Of a stretch of 56,672 nt of DNA, positions 1 through 9,741 are shown in pieces (position 1 is the stretch's first letter; each line of letters opens with the position of its first letter). Made by a program: the position numbers and the translations under genes. The stretch lies in assembly GCF_001447785.1 (NCBI RefSeq), contig NW_015164664.1, positions 2,464,182-2,520,853 of the forward strand, read 5' to 3'. The DNA is from Gekko japonicus. Taxonomy: Eukaryota. The notes under the pieces are model-generated. The model had not been told where the DNA came from and did no database searches. It worked only from the letters and a program-made list of their open reading frames with translations.

Positions 1-395
1 AGGCTGGATGTCAGTCTTCTTTCCCAACATGGTCTTTCGCTTGGTCATTTTAAGGATGCTCAGATCTGATTCTACATGAGCTGTGCATTTAACTATCTGA
101 TACGTATGCATGTATCCTAAGAACCTCCAGGTCCAGGCCTCCTTATTATGGCAACATCTGTGCTACATCAAACCAAAGATCTATCTAGTCCAGTATCCCA
201 TGTCCCACCCAGATGCCCAGAAGACCTACAAGTGGTGCATGGAAGCCAAAGGGAAACAGAAACATCTGCCAAAGATCTGAGGCCATCCTTGGAAGAAGTA
301 TCTCCCTTCACAAACCTACATATCCAACCACCACGTGCCCTGTGTCTCCTCTCCCCAGCTTTGCAATAGTGTCAACTCTTAAATAGGCCTACAAT

Positions 396-545
396 GGCCC
401 TGGTCACACGGAGCATTTGCCCCGCTGAAGGCACGGGAGTCCTGTGGAGTATCCGGGCGCGATCACACGGGAACATCTGGGAAGCGTAGCACTCCCGTGG
501 CAAGCCGCTGAAGCTGCGCGTTTTCCAGCACGTCTGGCCAGGGCC
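396..545. mobile_element. Non-autonomous PIF/Harbinger-like MITE
   Basis: Imperfect TIRs ggccctggtcacacg (396) and cgtctggccagggcc (545), flanked by a 3-bp AAT duplication (393-395, 546-548). Internal sequence resembles 29365-29413. Confidence 0.65.
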
Positions 546-926
546 AATATTAAACTAACGTATGCAAATAAGCTATTCTGCACGGGATAATCCAGTAACC
601 ACAAAAACAGTTAGCCTGAAACCCCATGCCGAGTGTGAGATTTCCTCTGCACTACCTTGCCTGCCGATGCATGGTTCTTCCAGAGGTGGATCTCCGACTC
701 TGAGAGGCCAAGCGCTTCCCACACACACACACATTTTCCAGCACGTCTGGCCAGGGCCAATATTAAACTAACGTATGCAAATAAGCTATTCTGCACGGGA
801 TAATCCAGTAACCACAAAAACAGTTAGCCTGAAACCCCATGCCGAGTGTGAGATTTCCTCTGCACTACCTTGCCTGCCGATGCATGGTTCTTCCAGAGGT
901 GGATCTCCGACTCTGAGAGGCCAAGC
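521..926. repeat. 193-bp direct duplication (521-713 and 734-926) containing the 3' part and donor of RBM41 exon 3
   Basis: Two copies identical by eye, offset 213 bp, separated by gcttccc(ac)n. Confidence 0.95.
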
Positions 927-1061
927 TCCCTAAGAGAGGCAATCTCCTTGTTGCTCTCCTGCAGAGCCTGGAACTGGGGTAAGCTATGAGTCCCTGCGGC
1001 TTCTTCACCAAAGGGCTTGTACACAGCTGCAGGTGCAAAACGCCGGCGCTTGGACACACAC
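869..1061 (-). CDS. RBM41: RBM41 coding exon 3
   Basis: ttgcag|G TGT GTG ... GGC AAG|gtagtg; 193 nt. Confidence 0.9.
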
Positions 1062-1999
1062 CTGCAATGCAAAAGAGCATTAGCAGAGGGACCTTCTGCA
1101 AGGTCAGAAATTAGTGCTCAGACAAGCACTTGGGTACACAGCTGTCATCATAATCACTGGGGTGCACATAAGCTTCAGAAGATTCAAAGCACACACGTAT
1201 TCTTACTACACGGTGCCCTGCCTTTAGCAACACCACCAACCACCACCCTGCTCCCATCCTGCTGCACTGCTTTGCTTAAAGGGTCAGTCCTCACTCTTCG
1301 ATAGAAGCAGACGTATTGAGCTGATGATGTAGAAGGCTCTTGAGCTGCCTCTCTCCTTCCGTCTCCAAATCTTCCAAGAGGAGATCCTCCCCACTGAGGC
1401 TGCTGCTGTTGACTCTGCAAGATGCAAGCAAAGAGAGGCTCAGGTCAGGCAGCAGGCACTAGGCCCCTGACAGCTTCTCCACAAATTGCCTTTATGAGCA
1501 TCCAGAAGGCTACAAGCTCTTTGGTTCTGATCCAGCTATAAGTCCCTATGGCAGGCGGGGGTATATTTCAAGGTGTTATCCAAATTCTAACAGGGTTAAA
1601 ATACCCTGCTTAACTGGTGCCAGGAGATGCTTTTCACGCATATTGCCTTGTCGGCAGTGCTGCTCAATGCGAACAATAAGGTACAACGGCACACTCTCTG
1701 CACTCACGGCATGCGCCGAGGTTAAGAAGAGGCCCATGCAGAGTTGCACACACGTACACGACCTCTTCTGACAAGAGATGGTGCAGGCGAGGCTGTCAAA
1801 CACCTGTAGGGTCGGATCAACAGCGGCTCTCGAGCTGCAAAGCCTCCGAGGGTTGCGGGAGGAGGCTGGGGCTAGCAGAGGTTCCTCCAGGCAGCCCTCT
1901 TTGAAGCCACCGCTATTCTTGATGCAGCAAATTAAACTGCCCGTTTAGACACAGCAACCCCTAACTGCAGGCGACTCCCTGCTTGGCTCACCTCTTCAT
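869..1999 (-). CDS. RBM41: RNA-binding protein 41, 5' part (coding exons 1992-1999, 1295-1414, 869-1061; gene continues beyond the left edge)
   Basis: The spliced frame gives MKRVNSSSLSGEDLLLEDLETEGERQLKSLLHHQLNTSASIEECVSKRRRFAPAAVYKPFGEEAAGTHSLPQFQALQESNKEIASLRELGLSESEIHLWKNHASAGK. This closely matches the recalled RBM41 N-terminus (MKRVNS...LETEGERQLKSLL...YKPFG.EAAGT...ASLRELGL). GT/AG sites and phases are consistent, and a CpG island lies upstream. Confidence 0.9.
1295..1414 (-). CDS. RBM41: RBM41 coding exon 2
   Basis: ttgcag|A GTC AAC ... GAA GA|gtgagg; 120 nt; encodes VNSSSLSGEDLLLEDLETEGERQLKSLLHHQLNTSASIE. Confidence 0.9.
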
Positions 2000-2320
2000 A
2001 ATAGCTTTCAGCGGCTGTTGTTAACGTTGCGCCGGACCTCAATTTCCAGAATGCATCGCGCGGCGGAGGCGAACCCGCAAGTGCTTCTGGGAGTTGTAGT
2101 GCAGTGGACCCAAAAAAAAGCGACTGGCGGGTGCAGCAGGCAAGAACGAAAGACTGAAAGAAAAGCGGGGGTGTTGGTCAGGGAGCGCCGGCACGCGAAG
2201 AACCGCGTGCGCATTGCACGCGCAGCGGGAGCAGCCGTTGGGGGGAGTCTTCAAGCGGGTACACCTTGCACGCAACAACATGTCGTGAGAACCCAAGAAG
2301 AGCCCGGCGGAATCAGGCCA
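1830..2320 (-). promoter_or_regulatory. RBM41 CpG-island promoter with ZNF143/THAP11-type and NRF1-like motifs
   Basis: CpG-rich. ACTACAACTCCCAG on - strand at 2087-2100; Staf-like ttccagaatgcatcgcg at ~2044-2060; cgcgtgcgcattgcacgcg at ~2204-2222. Confidence 0.65.
1992..1999 (-). CDS. RBM41: RBM41 coding exon 1 (ATG AAG AG|gtgag)
   Basis: ATG at 1999-1997 and donor GTGAG at 1991, phase 2, matching the next exon. Confidence 0.85.
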
Positions 2321-2611
2321 AGGTTGGTCAAAGTCCAGCGTCCTGCTGTCCATTACAGCCAAAAAGATGCCCTGGAAAGGCTACAAACTAAAGCCTATCT
2401 TTGTTGTTGTGGCCTCTCTCACCCCTTCGCCTCAACAACTGGCATTCAGAAGCAACAGGGAAGTTCCATTAGGCCACCGAGATACACAAATCCTCCCCCT
2501 ATGGTGTTCTCTAAAGCTTTTTAGAAGCCACTTATGCTAGTATCTAACTATCTATTTCTGCACCCACCAGATCCTACCAGTATAGATGGGAACTAGGGAT
2601 TTTTCAAAACA

Positions 2612-2730
2612 GGTCACTCTGCACTGACGTTTTTGTCACTCGTTTTTTCCCTATTGCTTTGGGTCCCCCCCCCCATGGGAAAAAAAATAGGGACAAACGA
2701 GTGACAAAAAATGTCAGTGTGGAATTGGTC
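2612..2730. mobile_element. Palindromic MITE-like element
   Basis: Arms of ~44 bp (2612-2655 and 2686-2730) are near reverse complements around a ~30-nt spacer. Confidence 0.6.
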
Positions 2731-3539
2731 ACTGCATACATACCCACTGAGCTTCATTTGCTGCACTGTAACACTCCTCTTGGAGCTCCTTACAGTCTTC
2801 TTCAGTTTTCACCATCTCAGCAATTTGAGAACTTGGCCACTGGACACTTTGCTGCTCAGATAAGATATGAAAAAACTAAATAACACCAGCCCTAAGCTAA
2901 CACAGACTTCTGGGGGGGGGGGCAACTGATTATTTCCCTCTGCTGGGAGAATTATGCTTTGACTTCTGTCCACTGTATCCTATTTTGACACATTGCTAAA
3001 AGGTTATCTCGTCTCTTATTTCACTGGGGTGGAGTAATGCTGCTGTGCAGACAGGCTACAATAGAAAGAACTATACTATAATCTCTCTGGAGCCTGAGCA
3101 AGCCAATTTCCCTTCCTCTCTCAATTTTCTTCTCTCCCCTCCCACTACCTTTAACTAACCCTCTACTGCCCTCAAAGCTGCATTTGTATAAAATTATTTG
3201 AAATGATGCTTGGGTTTAATAAAACACGTCAGAGAACTACACACACAGGACTCAGTCTTGCAGAGAGCCAGCCCAGAGAAAAAGAGTATAACTTCCTCTG
3301 TACCTTCAAAGCACTGCTGTATGTAATACGCTAGTGCCATACACTTCCAATTACAGCAGTACATCTGTTGTGGAGGGCGAATACAGCAGGAGACACTTTA
3401 CAGACTAACAAAAACTTCTTCCAGCATATGCAATTTTGGGAGTCAGAGCAAACTTCACCATCCATAAAGACCATGAAAACATCATGAAAGGCTGCAAACA
3501 ACTGAAAGAAGGGAGGCAGAGCCCAATCATTAGAAAAAG

Positions 3540-3880
3540 TGTGTGCGTGTGTTAAGTGCCGTCAATGTGTTTCCAAGTTATGGTGGTAATCCTATGAATT
3601 AATGACCTTCAGAATGTCCTGCTGATAATAGCCTTCCTCAGGTCTCACAAACTGAGGGCCGTGGCTTCTTTATTGAATCAATCCATTTTGTGTTGGGTCT
3701 TCCTCTTTTCCTGCTGCCTTCAACTTTTCCTAGCCTTATTGTCTTTTCCACCGAGTCTTGCCTTCTCATAATGTGACCAAAAGTACGATCACCTCAGTTG
3801 AATCATTTTAGCTTCTAGGGAGAATTTGGGCTTGATTTGATCTAGAACCCACTTATTAGTCTTTTTGGCTATCCATGGTT
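3540..3880 (-). mobile_element. RTE-clade LINE 3' fragment
   Basis: The minus strand reads like an RTE RT C-terminus and 3' end (tacttttggtcacattatgagaaggcaagactc...gaaaagttgaaggcagcaggaaaagaggaagaccc) with a (CA)n tail. Boundaries approximate. Confidence 0.65.
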
Positions 3881-4214
3881 TCTGAGAAAGAGGCCAGTTT
3901 GTTTGTTTAAGTTACAATCCAAATAAAAGATACTATACAGACTAAATGCTAGATGAATTGTTATAGGGATGGAGTTCCTTAAACACGGCACTATCATGCA
4001 GGCCTTTTTCTCTGGTGGCATATGGAAAATGGCCTGTCTCCAAGATTGTTTTGCATGGCTTCAGATAAGATTAATCTGAGGACTGGTCCTCACACGCATA
4101 AACAAATCCATATAATCCTAGCAGCCAGGACATTCTGTAGGTTTTACAAATTCAGACAAACTCTCAGGCTTGCAGGAAAAAAAAGACTTTTTAAAACAAA
4201 ACTAATGTAGGTGA

Positions 4215-4443
4215 TCCTGCCAACCTAGCAGTTCGAAAGCAAGAAATTGCAAGTAGATAAATAGGTACCACTTCGGTGGGAAGGTAACAGCGTTCCGTGC
4301 ACCTTGGTGTTTAGTCATGCCGGCCACATGACCATGGAAACGTCTTCGGACAGCACTGGCTCTTCGGCTTTGAAACGGAGATGAGTACCGCAACCCTAGA
4401 GTCGGACTCGACTGGCTTTCGAGCAAGGGAACCTTTACCTTTT
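4215..4443 (+). mobile_element. Sauria SINE, 5'-truncated
   Basis: Core cctgccaacctagcagttcgaaagc...aataggtacc, ACCTTT tail, and 12-bp TSD taatgtaggtga (4203-4214, 4444-4455). Confidence 0.9.
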
Positions 4444-4979
4444 TAATGTAGGTGAAGTTCCACTCCCAAAAAAACAGTCATTCCCTGGGTTGTCTATGCT
4501 TGTGCAGACATGGACAAAAAAAAAGGTGAGTTTGGGTGGTATAAGTGACCCAAGGAAACCAGACAGGTCTAGAGCTATTAGCAAGGAGGAGGGGGAAATG
4601 TTGGTGTCCCAGGTTTTCTTCTATTGTCTTAATAGTCAAGCTTTTCTAAAACATAACTGTAGCTCTACTGGCATCATGTGGTCAACTGAGAAATGACAAG
4701 ACTCAGCTGCCAATCTGTTCCTTTTGAAAGTGCTTCGTAGTGTGAGATGTAGGTTCTGTTGCATCTATTGGGGACAGTGATCACAGTGTTATTTAGTTCA
4801 TCATTTATGTGAATGTCCCTGAGTGAGTGCACACACTCAGAACAGAATGTCAGGATGCTTGCTAAGGACCTAAATCTGCAATAAAGGAAGCTCAGACAGA
4901 GTGCACATCACAGATTAAGAAGCATACCAGCAAGTCTAAGAGGATGCCAGTGTGGTTAATGAGCAAAGCCAAAGAAGAC

Positions 4980-5912
4980 AAGAAGGCTTCCTTTAATACT
5001 AAAAGTTTTGCCCAAACAAAGGGAACAAGAAAGAGCACAGGTTCTGGCTAAATGGATGCCAGGCAGGCAAAAGGAGACTATGAGGAGCATATTACTAATA
5101 ACATTTAAATAAACAATAAAAATTTATTTAAATGAATCAGAAGCGGGAAATTGGCCAGAGAGGCAGTGAAGGAAGATGGGGAGTTTGCAAAGAAACTCAT
5201 GGAAATGTGGGGCAGTTGTACTCACTGGAGTAGCTATTTTCAAGAAGAGTGTTGAAAGAACTGAGTCAAAATAGAGGTGGTGAAAGACTTTATGGCTAAT
5301 GGACAAATAAAAGTCTAACAAGTCATCAGGTATAGGTGCATACAGTCGAGGCTTCTTAAGGAATTCAGATGTAAACTAGTTGCTCTCTTAACAAAAATAT
5401 CCCTCCCTTTCACATGAAACAAATGTAATGATGATTTTTAAAAAGGGCTCCAGAAAATTACAAGCCAGTAAAACTAATCAGTTCTGGGTATGTTGGTGAA
5501 AACCATTATGAACAATAGAATCATTAACCATATAGAAGAACAAGCCCTACTGAGAAAAAATCAGCATGGCTTCTGTAAAGGCAAGTCCTCTCTCACTATC
5601 CTTCACTATCTTAACACTATCAAGAGTTTTAACAGCACAGTCTATATTAGGATCAGTGCTCTTTAACTTGTTCATTAATGATCTGGAATCAAGTGAGCAG
5701 CAAGGTAGTAAAATTTTGTTAAACACAACCTTGGCCTTCCAAAATATTGTACCCCCTGAATTCCAATTCCTGGAGTCAGCCGCAGGTAAAGTTTTGGCCT
5801 CTGTGGCCAGTTTGTAGGGATTCCTGAAGCATCTGGTTGCCTAGTGTGGGAAACATAATGTTGGACTAGGGAGTCTACTGGTCTGATTCAGCAGGGTTTT
5901 TCTTACATTCTT
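4980..5912 (+). mobile_element. Degraded CR1 LINE fragments
   Basis: RT-like remnants (cagcatggcttctgtaaaggcaagtc; ctctttaacttgttcattaatgatctgga) similar to the CR1 at 29776-30470, and a CR1-type 3' end. Boundaries approximate. Confidence 0.6.
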
Positions 5913-8767
5913 AAGTTATTTTTGTACAGTTTCAGTATCCTAGAATCTGTAAAAGAGATGAGAAGGACTTTTTCCAGTTAAAAACCTGCTGTTTTTGTTG
6001 ATTTATGTAGATTGATTGAAGGCCAACTGTGGACATATTTTGTTTTCAAATAAACAGTGCAACTACAGAAGTGAATGAAGGAGATAACAGGAAATTAGTA
6101 ACATCAAATAAATGCTAGCTAAATATCTGTGATACATAGGTTTTAATAATGATGTCTTTATGTTGTCAAAGGCTTTCACAGCCAGAGTTCATTAGTTGCT
6201 GTCGATTTTCCGGGTTGTGTCTTTAATTATTATGATATCGTTAATTATTAATTAAATGTCTTAATTTAATAATCACAAATTATGTATTTAATTATTATGT
6301 TATTGATTTTGGTCTAGAAATAAATATTTTTTTCATATAGAGAAACATATGAAAAATATATTTATTTGTTTAAAACATGGATAGTTTTCAGTGAATAATA
6401 ATAAAGGATACAGTTTTTCTATGAAGTTGTTTTTCCTGAAATATTGGTATCAGCTTTGTCTTGCTTTCTTTAATAGGTCTTGGTTTAGCTAGCCTGTTTT
6501 TGGATAGATGACAATTTCATTTTATCACTTGCACCCTCCTCTAATCAGTGAAATAAGCTGAATTCTAATCAAGGGGATCTGAACACATACGTGCAATTTA
6601 GAAGGATTTGGGGTCCAGTGGGTTATAATCTGAGATTTTTTTTTTCCAATATAAGAGTCATGACCTCAAAACTTTTTTTTGAGAGCAAATCCACCAAACT
6701 CCAGTAAATGCCTGTTTTTGGTTCCTGAACACCATTTGAGCTTATTTGGGAAAAGGTTCTTTCTGTGTCATGTTTTGAACACATTTTCCCTAAAACTAAG
6801 ATATGTAGAGTTTTGCTTTCCAGATTTCATCCCAGATTACACCTTTGTCTCATTTTCTTTTCTCCCAAAGACTTGAATAATCTGGTATCATTTTCCAATG
6901 AAATGACCCATACAACTCACAGAGATATAAGAGAGCACCTGTGACATAAGTAACACAGCACAAACCTAAGCAGAGTTACACTACTGATTTCCATGGAATT
7001 AGAAGGGTGTGTCTCTGCATTGGATTGCGCGTGAATCAGTTTTATCAGCTTTCAGAATCTGCCGCTTCTGGAAGTGACTCGTGGGCCCTGGCTGGAATCT
7101 TGCTATTAAGTGTTATTTATAGCACTGAATAATGAGCTGCTGCTCATACCACCATGGAGTCTGTTTTGCAGGAAAGTCATGGCCCAGCCCTTGCTCCACA
7201 AAGAAATTTACAGACAGCAGACGCAAGGCCGAAAAGAAAGACAGGCATGGTTAAAAATGATTTTGCATTACCTCTGTTAAATCATGGAACATTCATTGTG
7301 CTTCATTAAGATACATTATCTGAAACTGATGGATTAATAAATCCACTTCATTTCTGGGTATGGCAACCCCTAAATACTTCAGTGGCAAATATTCTCTAGT
7401 AGGAGTAAAGATACTGGAAGAAATAATTTTGGATTTATATTCAGATACTCTGCTCTTCATGTCTTGTTCCTCCTGGATGTAATAAACTGAGGGTATTGGA
7501 GAAGGTGTGACCATGTCATCCTGTGCTCTGAACACTAGTGCATGACCACCATGGCACTGACATAGCTGCTATGTTTGCCTTCTCACTTCCTTCCCTTCTC
7601 TCTCTCCCACACAGACAAAGAATGAGCATGCTGCTCTCCATCCTTGGCACCATGGGTGCAAGGATGCTCTCTCCATCCACACCCATCCTAGGTGGTTAGA
7701 GTAGTTAGATCCTTTGTCTGTCTCCCATCTTTACTGTCTCTCATCTTTACTATCTAGAATGTAGTTACAAGAGGCTCTATGCAACTTTGATAGCACACTC
7801 AGAACAGAGAACGTTTCTGCTGTGTTTTAGCTGTAGTGCACTCTGCTACTTTGAGACAGATTCTTGGCTTAGCATATCAGAGAATCTAACAGCTTGTAAG
7901 ATGTAGTTGCAAAGTGCCCTGAGTTGGAACTCCCCCCCCCCCACATCAGCTTTTGGCTCTCCCCTTGCTGTGGTGACAGAGCACTGCAGAATTTGAGGCT
8001 AAACATCACTGAGTGTAGTGATTTGTCTGTTAGGCTGGGATCTGGAGGCCTTGGGTTCAAATCCTCACATTGACATTGAGCTTGCTGGGCCCTCTTTGGC
8101 CATTCACTTTTCTCTCAGCCTAACCTACTTCACAGGGTTGCTGTGAGGATAATATTGGGTGGAAGAACTGTTTGCACTACTGCGGGCTCCTCTGAGGAAA
8201 GGGGGAATATATATTGTTCTATGGTTGCCAGTGTTCCCTCTAAGCTGAGTTAGTGTGAGCTAACTCACAGTTTTTTCGCCTCTGGCTCACACATTTGTGC
8301 CTTAGCGCAGGAAGGGTGACTCCAGAGCAAACTAATTTATGCAACAGCCAAATCGCTGGCTCACAACTTTAATGCCAGTAGCTCCGGTTCGGACAAGCCA
8401 GATCCATTTGTGATTGCTTAGGCAATATCCAACTGTGTGTAGCCTTAGTAAGAATCTAGCACTGTATTAAGTGGCCTGTGGACCTCCTCCTCTGACAACA
8501 GAGCAATGGCACAGCCAGTGATGGTTCAGAAGTTTCAAGAAAACACAGGAAGGCAACAGGTGGGAAGGACAGTCGTCTGGATTCTGCACAAGGGCCGATT
8601 CCATCTGGTATAGGTTGCACCTAACTTTAGTTTAGACTTTGCTCCGACCAGGTGGGACCCCCCTCCAGCCAAGCCTCAATGAGAGAGAGCCACAGGGTCC
8701 CATTCAGGGTTGCTTTTTCTCTCCACTCCCCCCCAACCCCCCCATTCCCCTGCAGCCTTTCCGTGCT

Positions 8768-8935
8768 NNNNNNNNNNNNNNNNNNNNNNNNNNNNNNNNN
8801 NNNNNNNNNNNNNNNNNNNNNNNNNNNNNNNNNNNNNNNNNNNNNNNNNNNNNNNNNNNNNNNNNNNNNNNNNNNNNNNNNNNNNNNNNNNNNNNNNNNN
8901 NNNNNNNNNNNNNNNNNNNNNNNNNNNNNNNNNNN
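8768..8935. other. Assembly gap in the MMP11 promoter CpG island
   Basis: Run of N. Confidence 1.
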
Positions 8936-9741
8936 CCCGGGCCTTGCCCCGGCTTCCCCTCCCGGCTCCGCAACAGTTAAAGCCCCGCCGCCGGGGGGGG
9001 GAAGGTTGGGGGGGTGGCGGCCGCTTCCAGCCCCGAGGGGTCTCCTCCTCCTTCACCCCCCCCCCGCGCCGCTGCTGCCACCACATGTGATGCGGGGGGA
9101 GATCCGGCTGCTTCTCTCGCGGCAGCCCCGTCGAAGGAGAACAAAGGCGCGGCGGATCAAAGGATGGCTCCTCCGGCACCTCGGCGGGCCGCCCTGCTCC
9201 TGCGGCTGATGCCCTCGGCGCTGCTTCTGCTGCTCCTGCCGCCGCCGGAGACCTCGGCCCTCCCGGCCGCCCGGCGTCCCCCCAGGCCCCAGGGGCTGGT
9301 GAGTCCGCGGGGGGCGGGGGAGAGAGGCTTGTGTGAAATGCAGGACACGAGTCTCTCTACTAGGTGGCCGGTGGCGCGCGGGTTGCCTCTCCACCCCCGT
9401 CCCGTCCCAGCTCCAAGCCCTCGCCGAACTTTCCCCCAACTTCGCCGATGTGGGTCCCCCCCACACCCCCGAGGGAGGGCAGGCAGGCTCCCGTCTCGCG
9501 GCTGTGCCCTGCCGGGCAGCGGTGGAACCTTCGAAGAACTCTTCCTCGCCCGCGACGGCGGGCGTCTCGGACTGCTTCCCCGGTCCGCTCGGCTTTGTGC
9601 TCTTCTTCCCTTTGTTTGGCGGCCGGGTCAGTCAGCCGCCGGAGACAGAGAGGACCGGATCCACCGGGCGCGGGGGTGGGGGACGTTTCTACGCCGGCTC
9701 CTCCTCGGTCCCAACATCAGGGCTGCCTGGAGCCAACAGAG
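8936..9741 (+). promoter_or_regulatory. MMP11 CpG island (promoter, exon 1 and start of intron 1)
   Basis: Very GC- and CpG-rich around the signal-peptide exon. Confidence 0.75.
9164..9298 (+). CDS. MMP11: MMP11 exon 1 (signal peptide)
   Basis: [45 protein letters not shown]|gtgagt; phase 0. Confidence 0.85.

Noticed and set aside
4202-4426. Recurrent ORF family [19 protein letters not shown] (also 19323 and 33847)
   Set aside because: Antisense translations of Sauria SINE copies, not a protein family.
2300-8767. CHCHD10 or other coding exons upstream of MMP11
   Set aside because: No recognisable exon was found. The KYLGVAI motif in ORF 7293-7535 looks like L1-type debris, and the 168-nt gap is too small to hide a gene unless it is mis-sized.
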